In this document: positions 1 through 11,437 of the stretch, piece by piece
Layout: each line of letters starts with the position of its first letter
How positions within the stretch are numbered: the first letter of the stretch is position 1
Source of the DNA: Podarcis pityusensis
Taxonomy: Eukaryota
Assembly: GCA_964106645.2 (NCBI GenBank)
Contig: OZ067044.1
Length of the DNA: 64,000 bases
Direction: 5' to 3' (one strand)
Notes under the pieces: generated by a model
Databases searched by the model: none
What the model was told of the DNA's origin: nothing
What the model saw: the letters and a program-made list of their open reading frames with translations, nothing else
Translations under genes and position numbers: made by a program

Positions 1-1714
1 TAATAGCTAAAGTGTGCTGCTGCCATTTTATTTCCTATCTCCTGCTCCGACTCCTCTTTAACACTCAGGTAACTGTCAAAAATGGACCTAGCTATTATGG
101 ATGACAAGGGGTAAATGCCTTCATGTTGTCCTCCAAAGGTTAAAGTTTACCAGCCTCAGTTGGAAGCCACAATCTCCAATAACCATTAATCCACTAAACT
201 CCAGTAGGAGTGAACATATTTATTGCTGCAGTCACTAAAGGGTGAAATAAAGATTAGTTTTTAGTTAGGAACGCAAAGCTTTTTAGATCAATACAGGCCC
301 ACTGCTGGAATCAATCTAAACTTTGGAGATTTTTAGGTAAAGATTTACAGGGCTCTCTTTTGCACAGTTAATATTCCAAAACTCGGGGGTGGGGTGGGGG
401 TGGGGGGAGTTGTCTGTGCTACATTACATAGTAATCAAATTGAGTAAACACTAGTCACTTCATAAACTGACCTCGGCTGTGCACATAGCAAATGAGTGTA
501 CAGTGATAAAAACACCCATAATGTGGATTGTAAATTTGCCAATAAACAGGTAAAGCCAAAATGTGTACATAGGCTAACATGATAAAATGTTACAAGTTAC
601 ATTTGTCTATTTGAAAACATAAATAATCAATAGACATTAATAATGAAATTGTTGTTGCGTTTCTTTATTACTGTGCATATTAAGCGTCTCAATTATTTCT
701 ACTTAGTTTGATAGATAAATGTATACACTCATTTTATGCAAGGCTTTGAAGAGGATATAGAATTGCTTTTCAAAACAGAAGCTACTCTTTAGATGAAAGA
801 GCAAGTGGACTGGAAATACACAGCTTGTTATACCCCTCTGCTGTTCATGTTTGATGCATGTATACAATTTATTATGCAATTTCGTCAGATTTGACAAAGT
901 AATTGCCTGGCAAGCCACACAAAAGGTCTGAAGGTGGAGTAGAAAACGACTTAATAGATCAGTGTCTATAAATGATATTAATAGGCATTATATATGTGTG
1001 GCAGACACCTAAATTGTTTTCTGCATTGTCACATGATTATATTATGACATTCCATGTATTAAATTCATTTTCATCAACATGGCCAAGACAAAAGTATTCT
1101 GGTATAGTGAACTGTAACTTCTCAAAATCACGAGTCATTCCTATAACCTAATATTTAATACATCTCACAAGATCATGTGTGTTTTAATGCATTTGAGAGA
1201 GAAAGAACAACAAATTTTAACTGGATAGTAGGCAGTATCTTTCACTCTCTTTATCATATCCTTACATTACAGATAGCAACCTACACTTTACAACTTATAT
1301 AAAACAGGATATGGTAACTATTTCTTCTAAATCAGCGTTTCCCAACTTGTGAGCCATGACCTGCAGAGGGTTGTGAAATCTTTGCAGGTAAGTCTTGAGC
1401 TTTAAAAGCAAACTCAAAATAATTATTGTTTGTAATCCTTAACTGGTACAATGAACGCCTTGTACATTTTTGTTTTTTGTTTGTTTTTGGTAAGTTATAA
1501 TGCTCTGTTGACCCTTGTAACTGAATGTCAGAAAGGCTTGAGTCTTTTCATTTTAGCACTTGGGAACTAATCCCTGTTGGCTGGTGGCAGATAAGACATA
1601 AGGTCCAAAATTCAGGTGACCATAAATTGATGGGTCACCATAAATTTGGACTTGTTGGTAATGATAATGATGATGATAGTAGTAGTGGTGGTGGTAATAA
1701 TAATATCTATATCA

Positions 1715-1825
1715 CAGACCCTCTTGATATTGCTGGACCCCAGGTCCCATCAGCCTGATTCAGCATGGACAATGGTCAGGGATGATGCAGAGTTCAGCAA
1801 CATTTTGCTACAGGTATCCCATCCT
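1715..1825. mobile_element. Degenerate short palindromic hAT-Charlie-like non-autonomous element
   Basis: Similar to copies at ~27085-27186 and ~57985-58120 (ctc..gatattgctggac...cccatcagcc...caacat); boundaries approximate. Confidence 0.4.
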
Positions 1826-2300
1826 TATGCTAAATGGCAATGATTAAACTTAACATACCTCTTATATCACATTAACACAACCAATGGAAAGAGAAGCACT
1901 CTTATCTTTCTATCTATGGTCCCAGAGTATGTTCTGAAGTCATATTTTAATGTATGTCTTATTTATTTGTGGCTGTAAATCACTCCAAGTTACATTTGTA
2001 AGTAAAAAAGACTAGTAAGTAGTGGTGGTGGTAGTAGTAACAATAATAGAGTGCAATAGCAACAATGCTGAAGCTAAGTAAGCCTATGTCTAGTCAGTTC
2101 CTGGAAACCCTGTGTATGTCTCCTTAATGTTTCATGATGGAAGAACATAAGATATAAGATTTAAATAAATTAAAATGAAATAAATGCATATTTTCATTGT
2201 GCATTTATTATGCAACAGCAGAAATCCAACATTTTTTATTATTTCAGATATATTTTGCACATTCATATACCTAAATAACAGCCATTTTAAAAAGAAAGAC

Positions 2301-2349
2301 AGGAAGGAAGGAAGGAAGGAAGGAAGGAAGGAAGGAAGGAAGGAAGGAA
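2301..2349 (+). repeat. (GGAA)n microsatellite
   Basis: Directly visible tandem AGGA/GGAA run. Confidence 0.97.
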
Positions 2350-4190
2350 TTTCACAGCAGATGGATCTTGTTTTCTACACCCTGTCCTTTTGTTATATTA
2401 TCAGCATAAGGTTCATCAATGGGTCAAATTTACTGGTGGTGAATTAATCCACCTCCCACAAAGATTGCTTATATCCCTTATATTCCATTACAAAATGCAT
2501 ACAAATCACCCATTTCTGCTTACATCTGTCTTGCATGGTTAATATATGTGGACTTTGTCCCAGTGTCAGTTCTCAGTTCTTCAACATGCTTAATTTAATG
2601 TTGAATTTTAGCAACAAGATGGTATTAGAGACTGAAAGATGTGATGTGCTTAAGAAAACTACCAAATTAATAATACCGTGCCTTAATGCTGACTTTTCTT
2701 AATCATAGCAGTTAGCAATCCTGAAGATTGACATTCTTCATTACTCTTTTAGAAGGACGTAATCAAGATGAAGATATTAACCATGATCCCCTCACCTCCA
2801 TTATAAGCCATGTAAACATTATGGTGGAAACGTTTTTATTATACTTATTTTAGACCAAGGAACTTATTGCCACAGGGTATCACCAAGCCATGAAACTTTA
2901 AAACAGGTCTACAGAAATTGAGACCCAGCAATCCAACCACAGTCTAACAACCATGGTCTTTTAGACACTTGACATACCCTGTTTTTGCAGTACCACAAAA
3001 GCAGCAAAAACAGGCTTTTGGAGCCCCCGGTAAGCTACGATAGCTGACTCTTGGTCTGTGTTTCACTTGATGAATTAAAATTTGTTTTAAATTAATTTAC
3101 CCGCTCCATAAATGACAGTGATACTTGTTGCCTTGACGGTAGTTGTGCAATGTGGCCCTGCCTTCACCACCTCACTGTTACAGGCCTTACCTCAAGTGGG
3201 AGGGCATTCCATGGGAATTTGGTGTGGTGGTTTGCAACATTTCAGTCTGATATCTTCATTCAAAATTGCATCTGATGGTGTCCAAATGTGGGTGAAAACT
3301 GTTTCCACCTCGAGAACAATGATGCCAGATTGGGTGACAATATCTCTAGAAGCATTTGAAAGCACAGAGAATGGACAGACAGACAGACAGACAAACCATT
3401 TTCCAAAATATATAGTGGATAAGTAAGTGGTTCCTCAGTTTGGAATGGCAAGTGGACATCAACTATTAGTACAAATTACAGTAGTGGTTTGTTTTGAAGT
3501 TGTCTTTGTAATGTGAAGTACAGCTATTGAAGCCACCAATTCATCACATCCAAGCTCACAGCTGCCATAGGACGGTAATTATTTTCAGTCTCTTCTGACC
3601 TAAGTCCGATTTCAACTGATGATTGGAACATGAAAGGTTCCATAAACCATTATCAACTGCCTAAGGCGTTTAGTTCCCCCACAGTTTCTTTATGTAATTT
3701 AGCTTTTTAAAGAATCCCATGAAAGTCGAGTGTTTCAGCATAAAAAAAGAAGATAACTTCCTCTCTGCTTGTGTGATTTCCTTCAATGGTAAGAACTAGG
3801 GGGAAAACCCTCCATAAAGCAAGCATTTTATTTTCCTTGGCAATTTGGGGTGGGGGAAAAACTCCAAGAGGGGTCAAATCAAGATAGAGCAAAGGAATAA
3901 ACCATACATAAGTGGAGATACGTTTTGAATTTTTTTAAACACCCTACCCCCATGTAGAGCTAGTGGAATCTTGTTATATGTGTGATTAAGATTGGATAAA
4001 TCAAGAAGGGATCAATTTTGAACTCCCTGAACCTGTTTTTTAAAAAAATTTAATGACACAATGCAAGACAATTTCATCATGAACCTGCTGCATCATGCAT
4101 GGCTTGGCCCTGAGTAAGTAGTAAGCTCAGAATGCTGTTGCCGTCTTTTATTCGAAACAAAGAAATTAATAGATTTCAGGTGTTCGTAAA

Positions 4191-4351
4191 TGGCGGAACT
4201 TGTGGAAGGAATACATGTGCACAATTTCAAGGGATTTCCAAGCATTGCCACTGAGGTGGAGGACATTGTGCTGATGGCCAGGCAAGTGGGTGGTGATGGC
4301 TTTGTTGATCTCATCCAGAAAGAAGTGGAAGAGTTAATTGAGGGCCACTGA
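4191..4351 (+). mobile_element. Tigger/pogo transposase C-terminal relic
   Basis: Translates (one frameshift) to WRNLWKEY/VHNFKGFPSIATEVEDIVLMARQVGGDGFVDLIQKEVEELIEGH*, resembling the W..LW...VHDFxGF...V..IV..A..VGG.GF.D...EV.ELI..H tail of Tigger-type transposases. Confidence 0.7.
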
Positions 4352-5527
4352 CTATGAATACAGCTTTCCAAGGCTTCAAACAGGAGCCTTTCCCAGCAGT
4401 ACCTGGATAAACATAGATATAGCATATGTAATCTTCTGAATGTAAAGTATACACTCTACTCTACTCTTGGTCAACAGCTCTCATAAATATGATACTGCCT
4501 GTAGTAAAACAGAAGGGAATAATTCCTTTAATTTCTACTGAACCCATTTGATATCTGGTTATTTGCATTGGGGGTCAGGAAAATGCTAGGATCTAGAAGT
4601 CGAAAGGAAAAATTTGTCTAACTGATACAAACTATTTGATGGACAGTTGCTGAGAACCCTATTTGTATTTCGGTATTATGTTTATATATAACACATTTAC
4701 ACATTCCCCATGCTGAATGCTACTTGTTATACTTTGTCTTCCACCTAAAATGTAAAAGCAGCAGAGATTAAAACTGCTGATAGTGCTCAGTTGAATAGAC
4801 CAAACACAGGAGCAAATTTCTGCACCCTGAACAAGTTGTGCTAAAATTAATCTACTGCTATCTTTCTATTTGAAGACAAATTTGGGGTGGTCCAATAGAG
4901 GTGTCCTCTAATGTACAAGAACTAGAGAAGATTGTGTTCCAATTCCACTTTGCCCCTGCAGCCCTCTGTTCCACTTTATTGCTGTTATGGTTGGTCTCCC
5001 AGCCCTCTGAGCCAGGATTTTCCAAGACACATGGGCTGCAATGGGAAGAAAGAATTGGAGAAAACCAACCATTCTCCTGTTAGGAAGTTTTAGGCAAAGT
5101 TTGGGGTTACAGAAACTTGTGAACCAATTTTTCTGCCTGGTACTCATATGTAAAATATACATCTTTATGCAACCTGTTTGGCATGATATTAGATTTATGA
5201 TGTTTCACTAGAATCATGTTATTATTTATTAAATGTGTACCTCACCATATAGACCTGCCATAACTCCCAGATTGCTAAACATGTAAGTTAGAGAGCTCAT
5301 GAACCTGTAGCTCTGTTTTGCACAAAGTATCTCATGGTTTGGTTTTGTTTTTTAAAAAGTGGAAGGGTGAAATTCATTGTTGATGTTCCACTTATGAAAT
5401 TGCTATCTTGGGGGGGGGGGGGGCTACTCTACAGCTGAAAGCAAACAGACAAGTAGTAAGTGTGGAGAACCTATACATATGAGTGAGGGGCTCTATCGGT
5501 TCTGAAACCCTTCTTGATAGTATGTTT

Positions 5528-5940
5528 CTGAGCACAATTCAAAGTGTTGATGCTGACATTTAAAGCCCTAAACAGCCTCGGCCAGTATACCTGAAGGAGT
5601 GTCTCCACCCCCATCACCCAACCCAGACACTGAGGTCCAGTGCCGAGGACCTTCTGGTGGTTCCCTCACTGTGAGAAGCAAAGTTACAGGGAACCAGGCA
5701 GAGGGCCTTCTCGGTTGTGGCGCCTGCCCTTTGGAACGCCCTTCCATCAGATGTCAAAGAAATAAACAACTATATGACATTTAGAAGACATCTGAAAGCA
5801 GCCCTGTTTAGGGAAGTTTTTAATGACTGATGTTTTAATGTATTTTTAACCTTCTGTTGGAAGCCGCCCAGAGTGGCTGGGGAAATCCAGCCTGATGGGC
5901 AGGGTAGAAATAATCAATTATTATTATATTATTATTTATA
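5528..5940 (+). mobile_element. L2 LINE 3' end (ORF2 C-terminus, 3' UTR, (TTA)n tail)
   Basis: Encodes degenerate AQFKVLMLTFKALNSL...RQRAFSVVAPALWNALPSDVKEINNY.TFRRHLKAALFREVF, typical of the L2 ORF2 end, followed by a ttattattat tail. Confidence 0.85.
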
Positions 5941-7866
5941 TCAAGTCCATAAATAAAACTCCATGGGATTTTAATGAACCCACAGTGGTTGCTTCATATA
6001 ATACTGCCCCCAAAAGGAACAATGGTGACCAAAGTGTGGAGGGTAAACTTTGCACTTCAGGCCACCTCGTGTTTACTTTTGGAATGACACTGAACACGCA
6101 CCATTCGTAGGCATATGGACATAAAACCTAACTTTGGGGATCAATCTGGATAGCAAACAAAACAACTATTTTCCATTAATGAACAGGGAACTCTCATTTC
6201 TCAGCACCAAGAATGCAATGAAAAATTGCTACGTCTGACAGAACTTCCAGAGGGACCTCTTCACAACTTAAGGCAGTATAGGATTATGTGACACATAATT
6301 TGTTATTTAATTATTTAATGTAATATAATGTAAAATGGCCTTCAGGGGTTATTTACAGCTATAAAAGAAAGTAATACAGTAAAGTTCAACAGCAATGGAA
6401 TGACAGAAAAACTGCTATTCCCAAGGGCCTTAGTAACATTCCACAGCTGTTGCTATTGATGTGTATGTGTGTGTAAACGAGCATTCTGTGCTCCTGTTTT
6501 GGCACGTCTTTAGCACACACCAAACATTCAGTAACACAAAACTGATTGTTTTGCATGGGGTTATCTCCATCTTTCTGCTAGCTGCGCTCTTCTATAAAGG
6601 TCTCTGGTGTATCAGTGTGGGGTCACTAGGTGGTTTGGGGGGACAGGGTGCACTGAATACTCCCCCATCCAATGCAGACTACGCCCTTAGCCTGTCAATG
6701 CAATATGCCAAGACACGGAATGCTACATTAAGAAAATGTACTCTTGTATAAATTACATTGCAAAAAGTGTAAATTAATCTGAATCATTTGGCACCTTCAT
6801 TTTCTTTATGATATCAGTTGCTGCACTGTAATGTGGGTCTCCCCATTTCCTGTAAAATTTGATTTCCAGCTGGTTTTCTTCCATCAGCAGATGTTTTTGC
6901 ATTCTTTTGTAAACTAAGAAGGAAGAAAATAAGGGCTAGTGTTCCAGATAAACCCCCTGGCATGCATTTTAATTACAAGAGCCTTATTAGTTGGGAATCT
7001 TAAGATTTTATCCCAGCTCCAACTTTCTGTGAAGTGCTTCTCTTCAAGTCTCCTTTAATGGGATTTTTATTCAAGGTCATATATTCCTTTTTGGGCATTT
7101 GGAGATTTGACAACGGAAGAACAGAGCTATAAAAGTGATGATGTAATATATCACAGGATCAAGTGTGGACAGTTTGTCCACTACTCCAGTGCCTGTTGGT
7201 GGGAGGAATACACCAAAATTTCTTCAAAGACCTATGACTCAATTTAATAAAGCATCCACAAAACCTGCACCAAACCACCACCACCTCCTACCTCGCCCTA
7301 GGAAATGAGTGGTGCAAGTTCATAAGTATCTCTAGATCAGGCAAAAAGTTGAAAGGCTCTGCTTGCTAAAGAGTAGTTGTTTTCCTGTGGTTTGGGTCAG
7401 GCTTCTGCACTGCAAAGTCTCTAAACTGGAAGGTGAATCTGGCAATATGCTAATCTGACAATAAAAAGTGACTTCTGAACCTTTTCTCTGCTGAGGAGCT
7501 GACAGTGAAGCACAGAGACAGTTGTCTAACCAGACAAAATGACAGAGAAAATATGCTTTCAAACAAGAGCATAAATTGTAGGTGGTGCAGATGAATCAAA
7601 GAAAAAGCAACAGCTATAGTACTAATATTATGCACTAGCCTCACTTTACCTCTGCTTCTTCATCTCTCTCCTTCACATATGCATGAATGGAGGGTGTACC
7701 CTGTCAAACTAATAACAGAGGGTTGGGGGGGTGACAATATCTCTTGTACTGAGACCAGACATTTCCATCACATGGGGCAGCTAGGGAGGGGAGGGGAGGC
7801 AGAAAACAAATACAGTGCAGTATGATTCCAACACCATTCTGTGCAGACACAAAAGTTTGCATATTG

Positions 7867-8587
7867 NNNNNNNNNNNNNNNNNNNNNNNNNNNNNNNNNN
7901 NNNNNNNNNNNNNNNNNNNNNNNNNNNNNNNNNNNNNNNNNNNNNNNNNNNNNNNNNNNNNNNNNNNNNNNNNNNNNNNNNNNNNNNNNNNNNNNNNNNN
8001 NNNNNNNNNNNNNNNNNNNNNNNNNNNNNNNNNNNNNNNNNNNNNNNNNNNNNNNNNNNNNNNNNNNNNNNNNNNNNNNNNNNNNNNNNNNNNNNNNNNN
8101 NNNNNNNNNNNNNNNNNNNNNNNNNNNNNNNNNNNNNNNNNNNNNNNNNNNNNNNNNNNNNNNNNNNNNNNNNNNNNNNNNNNNNNNNNNNNNNNNNNNN
8201 NNNNNNNNNNNNNNNNNNNNNNNNNNNNNNNNNNNNNNNNNNNNNNNNNNNNNNNNNNNNNNNNNNNNNNNNNNNNNNNNNNNNNNNNNNNNNNNNNNNN
8301 NNNNNNNNNNNNNNNNNNNNNNNNNNNNNNNNNNNNNNNNNNNNNNNNNNNNNNNNNNNNNNNNNNNNNNNNNNNNNNNNNNNNNNNNNNNNNNNNNNNN
8401 NNNNNNNNNNNNNNNNNNNNNNNNNNNNNNNNNNNNNNNNNNNNNNNNNNNNNNNNNNNNNNNNNNNNNNNNNNNNNNNNNNNNNNNNNNNNNNNNNNNN
8501 NNNNNNNNNNNNNNNNNNNNNNNNNNNNNNNNNNNNNNNNNNNNNNNNNNNNNNNNNNNNNNNNNNNNNNNNNNNNNNNNNNNNNNN
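7867..8587. other. N-tract (721 nt), probably hiding the KLHL14 core promoter/TSS
   Basis: Run of N directly upstream of the candidate non-coding exon; the promoter assignment is inference. Confidence 0.9.
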
Positions 8588-8724
8588 CAGAAGGTTTTTT
8601 TGTTTTGTTTTTTTGTTTTTGTTTTTGGAAGGAGCGATCAAACCTTTAAAAAGGAAGGACAATTGATTTTTTTTAGGGGGGGAGCTTAAGTGAACCTTTA
8701 CTTTGGCAGCTGGTTGTGGAGCAG
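8588..8724 (+). other. KLHL14: Probable non-coding first exon of KLHL14 (5' end hidden in the N-tract)
   Basis: Perfect consensus donor CAG|GTAAGT at 8724/8725 at the edge of the CpG island; a matching pyrimidine-rich acceptor (cctctttgcccag|) at 10417/10418 lies 43 nt before the ATG. Confidence 0.6.
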
Positions 8725-9178
8725 GTAAGTTTCTGGCCTTCGGTCTATCCGTCTTGAGTATTTTCTCTCTCTCGTGGCTTGTTTATTGTCGTGAAAGCGG
8801 GGCGTGTGTGTGTGTGTGTGTGTGTGGTTTCCGTGGGCTTAGAAGTATGTGGCGATCGGGGGGGGTGCACTTGTGTTGCACGCACGTCTTTGGAGAATAA
8901 ACTCCGATTGCAAGAAATGGTCAAAGGAGGAAGAAAGAAGGGGAGGGCGGATGAGAGGTGTGTGTGAAGGGGGGGGGGGAGAGGAATGACCGGGTCCACT
9001 TAAAGGGAGAGGCTCTTGGAGATTTCTGAAACCCCGACTGTTGGGAGGCAAGGGAAGTGACCGGGGAAGGGGACCTCCCTGCCACCTGGCCACAGGCGAA
9101 GACTGCAAGCGCTGCCCACCAGAAGGGGAAGCTACAATGGAAGTAGCAGCCCTCGCCGGGATCCCGCAGAGAAGCCGT

Positions 9179-9202
9179 GGCGGCGGCGGCGGCGGCGGCG
9201 GC
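9179..9202 (+). repeat. (GGC)8 trinucleotide repeat
   Basis: Directly visible. Confidence 0.95.
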
Positions 9203-9326
9203 GCTGGCTGATGCCGCGGAGGGCTCGGCTCTGCCGGAGGCGGGCGACGGCCAGCGCGGGTCTCTTTCCCCTCAGCGCGAGCAGGTGCAACTCCCAGGTT
9301 AAGGCTCGGTGTATTGATTCCCCTCA

Positions 9327-9350
9327 GCCGCCGCCGCCGCCGCCGCCGCC
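9327..9350 (+). repeat. (GCC)8 trinucleotide repeat
   Basis: Directly visible. Confidence 0.95.
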
Positions 9351-10460
9351 CTCAGAGTCCAGGCGACTTTGGCTTGGGGAGCTCCGGCTCCTGGCGGCGC
9401 AGGGGCACTTTTCCGCGCCCGCCCGCCCGCCTCTTCCTTCTCCTTCCCTCATGCCCCCCAATCTCTCTCTTTCCCCCCCTTCACATCCACCCACCTCCCC
9501 ACTCGAACTTCCCAGAGTTGCCGGAGTTAAAGCGGCGCCGCCTTCCGCCCACAGGAAAAGCAACCCGCGCAGAATCAACGCCAGATTCTGGCGGGGGACT
9601 CGGCTCGGCCTGCCTCTCTCCCCGCTTTGCCCAATGCAGTGCAGCACGCGCAGCGAGAGGCGGCCGGAGTTGGGTGCACACCGCTGCCCCCTCTCCTCTC
9701 CCACAGACGAGGACATTCCTTCCTCCCCCCCCCCCCCCGCCCTCGCGGTGCTGCTTCAAGGCGAAGCGTCTGGCGGTTCTGCAGACGCCGTCCCTCGCAA
9801 AGGCGGGAAAGGCGCAGTTTGGGGAAGGGGAGGGGCATCCGACAGGGGCATCTTCAGGCAGGCTGTCTGAAATAGCGGCCTGGCCGCCCTCGACTTTGGC
9901 AAGGGCTGCGTGGTTTTTCCACCCGCCCTCTTTCGTCTCGATAGTTTCTCTGAGAGTTTCCGCCGCTTGCCGTACAAGCCCAAACTCTACCCCACCTTCC
10001 TTTCCCGCCTCCTGCGAAGGGAGCAGCAGCAGTGTGGCGCGCAAGTGGAACGCGCGCCTCCTCCGCTCCTCCCGGGTTGAAAGAAAGTAGTTGCCCACGA
10101 GCCGTGTCCCACCCCCACCCCCACCCCCCGCCATTTCGGGAGGGAAGCAGCAGCAGCAGTAGCGCTTGCTGGAGATGAAAGCCCAAGCCCCATGGCGGGG
10201 GGAGAGCAGCACACCGAGAGTTTTAAGCAGCCCCAAGCCCGCCGTGGCGGCGGCGGGGGCGGCTGAGCAGGACGCGTCTCGGTGCTTGCGATAAGGATGG
10301 ACACGCCAGGCCTGTGAAAGCTCCGCGTTGGTTCTGGTGTGCCCCCCTCCACCCCCAGCCTCTCAACCACTCGTTTCCTCACCCCACCCCACCCCGCCTT
10401 GCCCCCTCTTTGCCCAGGTCGGAGGAGGCTTTCCAGTCAGGTGCGCTGAGGTTGCCCGCC

Positions 10461-11437
10461 ATGTCCAGGTCCGGGGACCGAACGTCTACCTTCGACCCGA
10501 GCCATAGCGACAACCTGCTCCACGGCCTCAACCTGCTGTGGAGGAAGCAGCTCTTCTGCGACGTGANNNNNNNNNNNNNNNNNNNNNNNNNNNNNNNNNN
10601 NNNNNNNNNNNNNNNNNNNNNNNNNNNNNNNNNNNNNNNNNNNNNNNNNNNNNNNNNNNNNNNNNNNNNNNNNNNNNNNNNNNNNNNNNNNNNNNNNNNN
10701 NNNNNNNNNNNCCACCACCACCACCCGCTGGGCGTCGGACCAGGTGCTCAGGACGGCCTACCCTCCAAAGAGCAGCAGCAGCAGCAGCAGCAGGAAGAGT
10801 CCGGCACGCCCTCCTCGTCCCCGGAGGACAAACTGCNNNNNNNNNNNNNNNNNNNNNNNNNNNNNNNNNNNNNNNNNNNNNNNNNNNNNNNNNNNNNNNN
10901 NNNNNNNNNNNNNNNNNNNNNNNNNNNNNNNNNNNNNNNNNNNNNNNNNNNNNNNNNNNNNNNNNNNNNNNNNNNNNNNNNNNNNNNNNNNNNNNNNNNN
11001 AAGCTGTGCGTGCAGTTCCTCAACGACCAGATCTCGGTGCAGAACTACAAGCAGGTGTGCAAGATCGCCGCCTTGCNNNNNNNNNNNNNNNNNNNNNNNN
11101 NNNNNNNNNNNNNNNNNNNNNNNNNNNNNNNNNNNNNNNNNNNNNNNNNNNNNNNNNNNNNNNNNNNNNNNNNNNNNNNNNNNNNNNNNNNNNNNNNNNN
11201 NNNNNNNNNNNNNNNNNNNNNNNNNNNNNNNNNNNNNNNNNNNNNNNNCATGCAGTACGCGCCGGACCTCATGAAGCGCCTGCGCTTCGCCCTCATCCCG
11301 GCCCCGGAGCTCGTCGAGCGGGTCCAGTCGGTGGATTTCATGCGGACCGACCCCGTCTGCCAGAAGCTGCTTCTGGACGCCATGAACTACCACCTGATGC
11401 CCTTCAGGCAGCACTGCAGGCAGAGCCTGGCCAGCAG
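10461..11437 (+). CDS. KLHL14: Kelch-like protein 14, first coding exon (BTB + BACK), partly N-masked
   Basis: gcccgccATG then MSRSGDRTSTFDPSHSDNLLHGLNLLWRKQLFCDV ... KLCVQFLNDQISVQNYKQVCKIAAL ... MQYAPDLMKRLRFALIPAPELVERVQSVDFMRTDPVCQKLLLDAMNYHLMPFRQHCRQSLAS, matching vertebrate KLHL14; donor AG|GTAAGT at 11437/11438 (phase 2); frame preserved across three N-tracts. Confidence 0.97.

Noticed and set aside
385-408. G-run cluster (possible G-quadruplex); similar G/C runs elsewhere
   Set aside because: Such runs are common throughout this window and no context suggests function
7781-8689. Long ORFs (275-293 aa) across the N-tract, and similar ones at 44982-45388 and 28480-28752
   Set aside because: Artefacts of translating N as X without stops
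9211-10382. Overlapping 110-258 aa ORFs on both strands
   Set aside because: Pro/Arg/Gly-rich low-complexity products expected from stop-poor CpG-island DNA; no recognisable domain
10314-10460. N-terminal extension of the KLHL14 ORF in the ORF track
   Set aside because: Starts at a non-ATG codon and crosses the probable splice acceptor at 10417/10418; the conserved start is the ATG at 10461
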